From the NCBI GenBank assembly GCA_000437915.1, contig FR900999.1:230479-294478 (forward strand): a DNA stretch of 64,000 nt. Direction: 5' to 3'. Positions 9,743 to 17,009 of this stretch are shown here, one piece after another; the first letter of the stretch is position 1, and each line of letters starts with the position of its first letter. The notes under the pieces are model-generated. The model ran no database searches and was not told the origin of the DNA. It worked only from the letters and a program-made list of their open reading frames with translations. A program made the translations under genes and the position numbers. The DNA is from Subdoligranulum sp. CAG:314. GTDB lineage: Bacteria > Bacillota > Clostridia > Christensenellales > CAG-314.

Positions 9743-10204
9743 TTAATTTTCTTCCGTTTCGGTATAAATTACGTTTCCGTTAAGTTTTTTTATGCAGTCG
9801 ATAAAGGGTGTAAAGTCCTGCTGCGCAATGTTGATATGCGTGACGACAGGCTGCTCCGAGTTCTCTTGCGTAAGGAGGTAAAGTCTGTTGTATTTTTTGT
9901 CAAGCACGATTTGCCTCGCGTTTTCGATAAGTATTTTTCCCTTGAGAATATCGAAAAAGAATAAATTAAGACGGATATTTTTTGAGTTTACGACATAGCT
10001 TACGTTTAAGGCAGCAATCATAAACGCCACCAGCAGAACGGAAAGAGCAAGCGTGACGTATTCAAGCCAGAGAGCGGAGGGCTTTAAACCGAACAGGTTG
10101 AAAAGCCGCGAAAGCGTGTAAAAAATCATAACCGTCCAGACAGCAAGCACTATCCATGCGGCTGTCTTGAATTTTTTTGGCAGAATGTATCTGAATCGTT
10201 TCAT
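9743..10204 (-). CDS. Membrane protein with two N-terminal TM helices and a bacterial PH-like (membrane-flanked) C-terminal domain
   Basis: Two hydrophobic helices (AAWIVLAVWTVMIFY and LALSVLLVAFMIAALNV) followed by a soluble roughly 85-aa domain. The family assignment is tentative. Confidence 0.5.
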   Translation of the reverse strand: MKRFRYILPKKFKTAAWIVLAVWTVMIFYTLSRLFNLFGLKPSALWLEYVTLALSVLLVAFMIAALNVSYVVNSKNIRLNLFFFDILKGKILIENARQIVLDKKYNRLYLLTQENSEQPVVTHINIAQQDFTPFIDCIKKLNGNVIYTETEEN

Positions 10205-10305
10205 ATTTTTTCTCCGCGCTTATTCTATCACAGATTTGCGCTAGATGCAATTTAATTTGTATTCCCGAGCGAATTGTGGTATAATAATCTCTAACGGTGT
10301 TTATT

Positions 10306-11286
10306 ATGGACAAAAACCTCGAATTGAGACGGCTTTACACTCAGAGCTTTGACGATTCGGAAGCCTTTGTGGATTATTTTTTCCGAAAGCTGACCTCTCC
10401 CGACAAGGTTGTCGCTTTAATACGCGACGGAAAAACGGTTTCTGCGCTGCACCTGTTGGACAGAAGAATTTTTTTGAGAGGGGAGCTGTTTGAAATGCCG
10501 TTTGTTGTAGCCGCCGCAACTGTCAGGGAACTCAGGGGCATGCGCCTGTTGGAAACAGTTATGCGCACCGCATTCGAGCGGCTTTATAGCGAGGGCAAAA
10601 CATTCGTCGCGCTTTATCCTTTCAGTCATGCGTATTATCGCAAATACGGTTTCGTGACTTATACGAAAATATCGAGGAAAGAAATAAAATACAGAAAGGA
10701 CGGCGAAACGGAGATTATGCCCTGCACGCCTTTGAATATGCTGAAAATTTACAATCGCTTTTGCGCGGGCAGGCAAGGTTACATCGTGAGACAGGCGGAC
10801 ACCTATGAGGAATTGCTTGAAAGGTGGTCGGTAGACAATCTTACCGCTTACACGGTGAAAAAAAACCGACTTGAAGCATACGTTGTTTTTTCGCCTTTGA
10901 CGGGAGAAATAGAGGAGGCGTGCGGAGACACGGAGGTTCTTGACGGAGTAGAGGAGCTAAACGGAAAAACGTGCCCCGATTTCGACGGCGCTGCGGAAGA
11001 ATATGCCATGACAAGGCTGATAGACGTAAAGGGCGCGTTGGAAAACATACGCTACGACAGGGACGGAGAGTTTTCCTTTCTGCTGCGCGACGATTTTTTC
11101 CCGTTGAACGACGGGGCGTACAAGCTTACGGTATGCGGCGGAAACGGAACGGTGGAGAAAGTACCCGCGCACGACGGACTGCCGCGTCTTGGCATAGAGA
11201 AGCTTACTTTGTGGATTTTCGGGCAAGGAGGCGCGGACTGCCCGCTTCTGAGTCCCAAAAAGACTTTTTGCATTGACAAATACTGA
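10306..11286 (+). CDS. GNAT family N-acetyltransferase, Eis-like, with a C-terminal SCP2-like domain
   Basis: The GNAT core V.VAAATVRELRGMRLLETVM, the YGF motif region and the roughly 325-aa three-domain length are typical of Eis-type acetyltransferases. Confidence 0.75.
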   Translation: MDKNLELRRLYTQSFDDSEAFVDYFFRKLTSPDKVVALIRDGKTVSALHLLDRRIFLRGELFEMPFVVAAATVRELRGMRLLETVMRTAFERLYSEGKTFVALYPFSHAYYRKYGFVTYTKISRKEIKYRKDGETEIMPCTPLNMLKIYNRFCAGRQGYIVRQADTYEELLERWSVDNLTAYTVKKNRLEAYVVFSPLTGEIEEACGDTEVLDGVEELNGKTCPDFDGAAEEYAMTRLIDVKGALENIRYDRDGEFSFLLRDDFFPLNDGAYKLTVCGGNGTVEKVPAHDGLPRLGIEKLTLWIFGQGGADCPLLSPKKTFCIDKY

Positions 11287-11305
11287 AAAAACAAAAAGAG
11301 GTAAT

Positions 11306-11899
11306 ATGAGAATTATTGCAGGAAAGTGCAAGGGGCGGAAGCTGGAAACGCCATGCACGGATATGCGTCCCACTCTGGACAGGACGAAAGAAACTTTGTT
11401 CAATATACTTCAAACGGAGGTTCCCGACGCCGCCGTTCTGGATTTGTTTGCGGGCAGCGGTTCTTTGGGGTTGGAAGCGTACAGCCGCGGCGCGAAAAGA
11501 ATTGTCTTTGCGGATATAGACAGGCGCGCTACCGAAACGATAAAACGAAACTGCAACAAGGTCGGATGCGACGCGCCCGTTTTGACGGCTCCTTTCGAGA
11601 CGGCGGCGGCGCAGCTCGGAGAAAAATTCGATTTGGTGTTTATCGACCCGCCTTACAAGCAAAATCTCTATTACCGCGCTCTCAAAGCGCTGGTCGATTC
11701 GGACAGGCTCAACGACGGGGCAATCGCGGTGTGCGAGCACAGTCCGGAGGACAAGCTGCCCGATAAAGTAGGCGGCTTGTCAAAATACAGAGAAAAGAAA
11801 ATGGGTAAATGTCAGTTCAGCTTTTATCGCTTTGAAAGCGGACTATGCGATGAAGGCTTAAAGAAAGAGATTTCAGACAGGGAGGAAAAGGAAGAATGA
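11306..11899 (+). CDS. rsmD: 16S rRNA (guanine966-N2)-methyltransferase RsmD
   Basis: MRIIAGKCKGRKLETP, DLFAGSGSLGLEA and FIDPPY. RBS AAGAGG upstream of the ATG at 11306. Confidence 0.9.
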   Translation: MRIIAGKCKGRKLETPCTDMRPTLDRTKETLFNILQTEVPDAAVLDLFAGSGSLGLEAYSRGAKRIVFADIDRRATETIKRNCNKVGCDAPVLTAPFETAAAQLGEKFDLVFIDPPYKQNLYYRALKALVDSDRLNDGAIAVCEHSPEDKLPDKVGGLSKYREKKMGKCQFSFYRFESGLCDEGLKKEISDREEKEE

Positions 11900-12366
11900 A
11901 AGCGGTGTTTATGGGTTCTTTTCAACCGGTTACAAACGGACACGTTGACATAATTACGCGCTCGTCCCGACTTTGCGAGGAGGTTTTCGCCGTAGTCGGA
12001 TACAATCCCGAAAAGCCGCTGCTTGTGCCCGTCAGCGCGCGCGAGCGTTGGCTCAAACAGGCGGTAAGTCATTTGAACAACGTCAGAGTGGAAAGCTTTG
12101 CGGGAGCTTTGGCGGATTTTTGCGTGCAGGTTGGCGCCGACTGCATCATCAAATCGGTGAGAAACGCTTCGGATTTCTGTTTTGAAGCGGATATGGCGTA
12201 TTTCAACAAACGTCTGTGCGGAATCGAAACTTTGCTTCTGCCTGCGGACGAAAAATATATTCATTTATCGTCCACGTTTGTAAGAGAGCTGATAAAATGC
12301 AAAAAGGACGTGTCTTTGTACGTGCCGCAGGGATTGGCGAAAGAAATTTCAGAGGCGTTTAAATAA
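11896..12366 (+). CDS. coaD: Phosphopantetheine adenylyltransferase
   Basis: GSFQPVTNGHVDII (T/HxGH motif), ISSTFVRE, and the conserved rsmD-coaD pairing. Confidence 0.95.
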   Translation: MKAVFMGSFQPVTNGHVDIITRSSRLCEEVFAVVGYNPEKPLLVPVSARERWLKQAVSHLNNVRVESFAGALADFCVQVGADCIIKSVRNASDFCFEADMAYFNKRLCGIETLLLPADEKYIHLSSTFVRELIKCKKDVSLYVPQGLAKEISEAFK

Positions 12367-13350
12367 ATGTTGACGGTTTTAAGCTCCGCTCCTTCAAGGA
12401 AAGCGCTTTTGAGCGCCGTTCCGTTGTCCGCCGCCGCAAAAAAAACAAAGCTTGACAACGACAAAACAATAAAAGACATAGTAGGCGGAAAAGACAATAG
12501 AAAGCTTGTGGTATGCGGCCCCTGCTCCGCGGACAATCCGGAGGCTGCCGTCGAATACTGCGTCAGACTCAAAAGCGTTGCCGACAAAGTCAAAGACAAG
12601 CTGTTTTTGACGCCGAGGCTGTACGTGGCAAAAGCAAGAACGCACGGAGAAGATTATCAGGGCTTGCTTATGGACGCGAAGGAGGGCGGCTCCCTTTCCG
12701 ACAACGCTTTTTTATGCCGAAAAATGTTTGTCGAGGTTTTGGAACGCACGGGGCTTCCCGTTGCGGACGAGCTGCTTTTTGCAGAACAGATTGAGTTTTT
12801 CGGAGATATTGTTTCTTACTGTTTTATAGGCGCGAGGCAGTGCGACAGCCCTTTTTTCAGAGGGCTTGCTTCCGGACTCGACGTTGCCGTAGGCGTCAAA
12901 AACAACCTTGCGGGAAATCTCTCTCTTCTTGCGTTTTCATTGCAGGCAATCGCCATGAAACGCCGCTTTTTCGACGGGGGACGGGAGGTGGTTTCAGACG
13001 GCGCGCTGTGTCACGGTGTTTTGAGGGGCTTTTCCGACAGCTCGGGCGTTATGCGTCCAAACAACGACGGCGCAAGCGTCGGTGAATTTGCTCGGATTCT
13101 TAAAGAAAACAAGTTGAATAAGTTTATCATGATTGATTGCAGTCACGCAAACAGCGGTAAAAATTATCTGCGTCAGACTGAAAACGCGATAAACGCCATT
13201 AAAAATCCTTTGTGCGGAGGTATTATGCTGGAAAGTTATCTCAAAGAGGGACGCTGCGAGGGCGGCGTTTTCGGTTGTTCGAGAACAGACGCCTGTCTCG
13301 GCTGGTCTCAGACGGAGGAGCTTTTGCTTGAATTGCACGGTTTATTGTAA
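12367..13350 (+). CDS. 3-deoxy-7-phosphoheptulonate (DAHP) synthase, class I alpha type
   Basis: VVCGPCSADNPEAAVEY, K.RT...YQGL, IGAR...SPFFRGLASGL...VGVKN and IDCSHANS align with AroF/G/H signature blocks. Confidence 0.8.
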   Translation: MLTVLSSAPSRKALLSAVPLSAAAKKTKLDNDKTIKDIVGGKDNRKLVVCGPCSADNPEAAVEYCVRLKSVADKVKDKLFLTPRLYVAKARTHGEDYQGLLMDAKEGGSLSDNAFLCRKMFVEVLERTGLPVADELLFAEQIEFFGDIVSYCFIGARQCDSPFFRGLASGLDVAVGVKNNLAGNLSLLAFSLQAIAMKRRFFDGGREVVSDGALCHGVLRGFSDSSGVMRPNNDGASVGEFARILKENKLNKFIMIDCSHANSGKNYLRQTENAINAIKNPLCGGIMLESYLKEGRCEGGVFGCSRTDACLGWSQTEELLLELHGLL

Positions 13351-13517
13351 ATTTCACGGCGCGGTTAAAAAATCTGCGCCGTTTTTTTATCTCCCGATGC
13401 GGAAAAATTATTTATATTTATTGCATTCGCAAGCGTAAAGTATTATAATTTATCGGTCAAAAAAAATTGCCGCTTTTTGCCGAAAGGACAGGGGGCGGAA
13501 ATGCTGAGGGATTTTGA

Positions 13518-14924
13518 ATGAACACCGATTTGACTGTCGGAAAGCCTTGGAAAGTGCTTTTAAAATACATATTGCCTTTGTTCGGCAGCGCCGTTTTTCA
13601 GCAGCTGTACACTTTGGCGGATACGATTATCGCGGGGCGGTTTGCAGGACAGACGGCGTTGACCGCTATCGGAGCCTCCAACGCCATAGTAAACATACTT
13701 ATGGCTGTTTCTTTGGGGGCAAACGCAGGCTGCGCCGTGCTTGTTTCAAGATATTTCGGGGCAAGGCAAAACGGCAAAACAAAAACGACCATTTACACGG
13801 CGCTTATTTCTTTTGCGATACTGAGCGTTTTGCTTGCGACGGCGGGAGTTGCCACCTGCCGCCTCATCCTGACCGCTCTGAAAACTCCGCAGGAAGCGCT
13901 TAGCGAAAGCATAGATTATCTCAATATCTATTACTTCGGACTGCCGTTTCTCATGCTTTACAATCTCGGCACGGGTATTTTTTCCGCGCTGGGTGACAGC
14001 AGAACGCCGTTTATATTCCTTGTGTTTTCATCCGTCGCAAACATTGTGCTGGATTATTTTATGGTGCAGGATTCGGGTGTCAGAGGCGTAGCCTGGGCAA
14101 CCTTTATCGCGCAGGGAGTCGCTTGCGTTCTGACTTTGATTTTTGTCTTTTTGCGCGCGTCCAAATTCAAATCGGATGAAAGCAAAAAGGTCTATTCTTT
14201 CGGCTTGCTCAAACTTTTGCTGCTGCTTTCTCTTCCGATAGTTTTGCAAAACAGCTTTGTGTCCGTAGGCAATCTGATTTTGCAGGTGCGTATAAACGAG
14301 CTTGCGCAAGTGCAAGGCATCGGCATAACGTCGGGTTTTACCGCCGGCAGCAAGCTTGTCGTTTTCTGCACCACGTGCATATGCACCTGCGCAAGCGGTC
14401 TTACGAATTTCGTGTCGCAGAATTACGGCGCGCACAAGTTCAAACGGATAAAGCGGGGCTTCGGCTCGTCGCTTGTCATTTCTTCCGTTATTGCTTCGCT
14501 GTTTGTCGCGGCGTGTCTTATTTTTACCGAGCCGCTTATAAATTTGTTTATGGCACAGGGAGAGGACGTTGAGCTTGCCATGTCGTCGGCTGCCCAATAT
14601 ATTCGCATAGTGGCGCCTTTTTATCTTGTGGTCAATGTAAAAGTTAACGCCGACGCGACGGTGCGCGGGTGCAACGGAAACGTGGGCTTTATGGTAAGCA
14701 CCTTTTCCGACCTTATTTTCCGTGTGGGGCTGGTTTATGTTCTTACGCCGTTTATGGGCTTTGCCGGCGTGGGTTGGGCATGGGCAATCGGCTGGGTGCT
14801 CGGCACGGTTGTCGCCGTTTTGTTTTATGCTTTCACAAAGTGTCTGCGCAAGAGTTATATCGAAAAATACGATGCGGAGCTAAACCCGCCCGAAGACGCC
14901 GAAAGTACCTGCGCCGCCGTGTGA
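13518..14924 (+). CDS. MATE family efflux transporter
   Basis: 468 aa with about 12 TM helices. N-terminus ...KVLLKYILPLFGSAVFQQLYTLADTIIAGR is typical of the MatE family. Confidence 0.9.
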   Translation: MNTDLTVGKPWKVLLKYILPLFGSAVFQQLYTLADTIIAGRFAGQTALTAIGASNAIVNILMAVSLGANAGCAVLVSRYFGARQNGKTKTTIYTALISFAILSVLLATAGVATCRLILTALKTPQEALSESIDYLNIYYFGLPFLMLYNLGTGIFSALGDSRTPFIFLVFSSVANIVLDYFMVQDSGVRGVAWATFIAQGVACVLTLIFVFLRASKFKSDESKKVYSFGLLKLLLLLSLPIVLQNSFVSVGNLILQVRINELAQVQGIGITSGFTAGSKLVVFCTTCICTCASGLTNFVSQNYGAHKFKRIKRGFGSSLVISSVIASLFVAACLIFTEPLINLFMAQGEDVELAMSSAAQYIRIVAPFYLVVNVKVNADATVRGCNGNVGFMVSTFSDLIFRVGLVYVLTPFMGFAGVGWAWAIGWVLGTVVAVLFYAFTKCLRKSYIEKYDAELNPPEDAESTCAAV

Positions 14925-14979
14925 GTTTTTGAGCCGCGTTTCCGTATGGCGATAAAAGCATATAGTTGAAATCAGTTAA

Positions 14980-15012
14980 TTTCCCGCTCCGCAACAAGCG
15001 GGAAATTTTTTT
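14980..15012. terminator. Intrinsic terminator between the convergent MATE and HTH genes
   Basis: 9-bp stem TTTCCCGCT/AGCGGGAAA followed by a T-run. Confidence 0.7.
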
Positions 15013-15016
15013 GAAA

Positions 15017-15436
15017 TCAGTCGCTTTTAAGAAGCTCGCAAGCGGAAACGTTCAATTTTTCCGCAAGCCTGACAAAGCCGCAAATGTCGGGCAAATTTTT
15101 GCCTTTGAGCCAATTGGAAAAGGACGGAAAGTCTTTCGTCAATCCGAGCTTTTTGAGCAGATAAAATTTTGTGGGAAATGTCTGCGCAAATTTTTTCAGA
15201 TTTACAGACACAAAATCCGTGTCGAGTTTGTTTAACAGCGGAGTCGGAGAGTCCGTCAATCCGAGGACAAAATCAGCCGACAAATCGTATTTTTCCGCGA
15301 TTTTTACCACAGTGCTTAAAGACGGCAGATAAGCGGGATTGCTTTTGAGCCTGCGCAAAATGTCGTCAAATGTGTCGTCGCCCGACAAAAGCTTTTCTTC
15401 TTCTATAATCCTTGTAATTCTGTTTTTGATTTTCAT
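15017..15436 (-). CDS. Helix-turn-helix protein with two XRE-like HTH segments
   Basis: Both LSTVVKIAEKYDLSADFVLGLTD and ICGFVRLAEKLNVSACELL fit the XRE/Cro HTH pattern. No other recognisable domain. Confidence 0.55.
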   Translation of the reverse strand: MKIKNRITRIIEEEKLLSGDDTFDDILRRLKSNPAYLPSLSTVVKIAEKYDLSADFVLGLTDSPTPLLNKLDTDFVSVNLKKFAQTFPTKFYLLKKLGLTKDFPSFSNWLKGKNLPDICGFVRLAEKLNVSACELLKSD

Positions 15437-15587
15437 GTTGTTGCTCCTTTTTATTTTTTTGAGTCGTCCTCTCCGTTTTTAGTTTAGACTTTTAAAGTGC
15501 AATGTCGAGCGGTTTGAAATCATTTTTTCTTTTATGGAAAAAAATTTTGTCGTAAAACATTTAAATCGTTTTTTTTAAGTTAAACAG

Positions 15588-15616
15588 TTTACAAGCTCTG
15601 AAATTTGTGATATTAT
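15588..15616 (+). promoter_or_regulatory. Putative promoter of tRNA-Leu
   Basis: TTTACA, 17-nt spacer, TATTAT with a TG upstream of the -10. It ends about 15 nt before the mature tRNA 5' end. Confidence 0.5.
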
Positions 15617-15631
15617 TTTACGGTAAAAATT

Positions 15632-15717
15632 GCCGAAGTGGTGGAATGGCAGACGCGACGGACTCAAAATCCGTTGTTGGCAACAACGTGCGGGTTCAAG
15701 TCCCGCCTTCGGCACCA
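15632..15717 (+). tRNA. tRNA-Leu (anticodon CAA), class II with a long variable arm; CCA is encoded
   Basis: Acceptor GCCGAAG/CTTCGGC, anticodon stem ACGGA/TCCGT with loop CTCAAAA, variable arm GTTGTTGGCAACAAC, T-arm GCGGG-TTCAAGT-CCCGC. Confidence 0.9.
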
Positions 15718-15760
15718 GCAGCCAAGCGCGCCCCGGCTCGTTTGGTTTTTTTCTTGCCTT
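15697..15760 (+). repeat. Proximal copy of the Leu-locus direct repeat: tRNA-Leu from T-loop C56 to CCA plus its terminator flank
   Basis: Aligns with 15881-15944. The first 17 nt are identical, then about 6 substitutions and 3 single-nt indels. It contains the hairpin CCAAGCG..CGTTTGG plus a T7 run. Confidence 0.85.
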
Positions 15761-15835
15761 TAAAGCAAGCAAAAACCAAAGCAACGCCAAAGGCATTGCT
15801 TGTCTGCCGTACAGACAGTTTGGAAAAGAAATAAT

Positions 15836-15889
15836 GTGACGCGAAAAGGGGTTTTCGCTGTTCCGTCGCTGCGCTCCTTGCAAGTCCCG
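15836..15889 (+). repeat. Conserved junction motif, plus-strand copy
   Basis: Sequence GTGACGC-[GCGAAAA GGGG TTTTCGC hairpin]-TCGCTG N5 TCGCTG-CGCTCCTTG, fused to CAAGTCCCG. It shares both arms with the minus-strand copy at 16708-16768. Confidence 0.85.
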
Positions 15890-15944
15890 CCTTCGGCGCC
15901 GGCAAGCCAAGCGCGCCCCAATTCGTTGGTTTTTTCTTGTCTTT
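15881..15944 (+). repeat. Distal, diverged partial copy of the tRNA-Leu 3' end plus terminator
   Basis: See 15697-15760. The acceptor/CCA region has mutated (GGCGCCGGCA versus GGCACCAGCA), so this is not a functional tRNA. Confidence 0.85.
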
Positions 15945-15984
15945 GATATTTTACAACGTATAATTTTGTTATATTATCGATGAA

Positions 15985-16623
15985 ATGGTACAAAAAAAAG
16001 CTTTTTTAAATATTTATGTGTCGTCTTATCCCTTTGAATGTGGGAGTCAAAATATATCATTCGCACCGAGAGCGGAGGAAATCGAGGCCTGCACAAACGA
16101 AAATGTCCGCAGGCAAAAGCTTTATGTATGGAAGCTTTTGGAGCTTGCCGTCGGTGATTTGTCGGGCATGGATTTAAATAGCTTGAACCTAAGGAAAGAT
16201 GAAAACGGAAAATGGCAGTCGGATAAGATTTATATTTCGTTGTCGCACAGCGGCAATGTTGTCGCGGCGGCGGTGTCTGACAGCTCGGTAGGCTTGGATA
16301 TTGAATTTTTCAATGAAAAAAAATTCGGAAAGTCGCTTGCAAACAGAATTGCAACAGAGAGCGAAAAATCTTTTTTTGCAAAAGAGCGTGCTTTTTCGGA
16401 GCGAGTGTGCGCCTTGTGGACGAGGAAAGAAAGCGAATTTAAGCGTAAAGGAGAAAAAATTTTCAGACCGTTTTTTACAGGCGCGCTTTCGTCGCCGTGC
16501 AGGACATTTTTGCTCAAATGTAATCATGAAAGCTATGTTTTGTCAGTTTCGGGAGAAAGCGTTTCAAAATCGTCATTTGTCACGCCTTTTGATAATGTCG
16601 TTGTCTTCGAAGAAATAAAATAA
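15985..16623 (+). CDS. 4'-phosphopantetheinyl transferase, Sfp-type
   Basis: ISLSHSGNVVAAAVS..VGLDIE and WTRKESEFK match the PPTase superfamily signature blocks (G.D.E and W.xKES..K). Confidence 0.85.
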   Translation: MVQKKAFLNIYVSSYPFECGSQNISFAPRAEEIEACTNENVRRQKLYVWKLLELAVGDLSGMDLNSLNLRKDENGKWQSDKIYISLSHSGNVVAAAVSDSSVGLDIEFFNEKKFGKSLANRIATESEKSFFAKERAFSERVCALWTRKESEFKRKGEKIFRPFFTGALSSPCRTFLLKCNHESYVLSVSGESVSKSSFVTPFDNVVVFEEIK

Positions 16624-16638
16624 TGCAGGAATTTAACG

Positions 16639-16716
16639 AAGCAAAGAGAGTGCGTAAAAACGCACTCTCTTTGCAAAACAGTCGAGTTTCGACGTTGGTC
16701 GAGGCGACGGGACTTG
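16639..16716 (-). repeat. Distal copy of a perfect 78-nt direct repeat: tRNA-Pro positions 56-76 plus 57 nt of 3' flank including a hairpin
   Basis: Identical base for base to 16932-17009. Contains the hairpin AAAGAGAGTGCG-TAAAAA-CGCACTCTCTTT. Confidence 0.95.
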
Positions 16717-16768
16717 CAAGGAGCGGCAGCGACGGAGCAGCGAGGGAGGAAAGCTCCCGAAGCGTCAC
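16708..16768 (-). repeat. Conserved junction motif, minus-strand copy
   Basis: Its reverse complement reads GTGACGC-TTC[GGGAG CTTTC CTCCC]-TCGCTG N5 TCGCTG-CCGCTCCTTG-CAAGTCCCG. Confidence 0.85.
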
Positions 16769-16931
16769 AAAATTCAACATCCCGTAAAAAGAAGTCTGCC
16801 AAACAGCCCCCAAAGCGACGTTTGGTTTTTTTGTGAGTCCTACGCAACAAAAAAGCCAAACAAGCAAAAAGGGCTTGTAAAAAAGAGGAACCCCGAAAGC
16901 GAGCTTTCGGGGAGGAGGAGAAACCGACAAA

Positions 16932-17009
16932 AAGCAAAGAGAGTGCGTAAAAACGCACTCTCTTTGCAAAACAGTCGAGTTTCGACGTTGGTCGAGGCGA
17001 CGGGACTTG
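16932..17009 (-). repeat. Proximal copy of the 78-nt repeat; overlaps the 3' 21 nt of tRNA-Pro and its downstream hairpin
   Basis: Perfect match to 16639-16716. Confidence 0.95.

Noticed and set aside
12367-13350. DAHP synthase as a possible pseudogene or neofunctionalised copy. It has KART instead of KPRT, it is shorter than E. coli AroG, and it lies in an rsmD-coaD context rather than an aro operon.
   Set aside because: The frame is intact and the key blocks are present (GPCS, K.RT, IGAR, DCSHANS). The Lys and Arg of the PEP-binding motif are retained. There is no evidence for loss of function from sequence alone.
15575-15993. ORFs of 69-111 aa overlapping tRNA-Leu and its downstream repeats, and the ORFs at 16533-16969 overlapping the tRNA-Pro repeats.
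   Set aside because: They run through a tRNA gene, terminator hairpins and repeat copies. They have no RBS and give low-complexity translations.
16807-16880. Apparent similarity between the plus-strand hairpin region in the tRNA-Pro locus (CCAAAGCGACGTTTGG plus T7, then an A-rich GCAA/CAAA segment) and the tRNA-Leu flank at 15725-15810. This would imply a rearranged copy of the same module.
   Set aside because: The only exact shared string is 14 nt (CGTTTGGTTTTTTT), which is half a terminator stem plus a T-run. The rest is A-rich low-complexity sequence that aligns loosely. This is too weak to claim homology without a statistical alignment.
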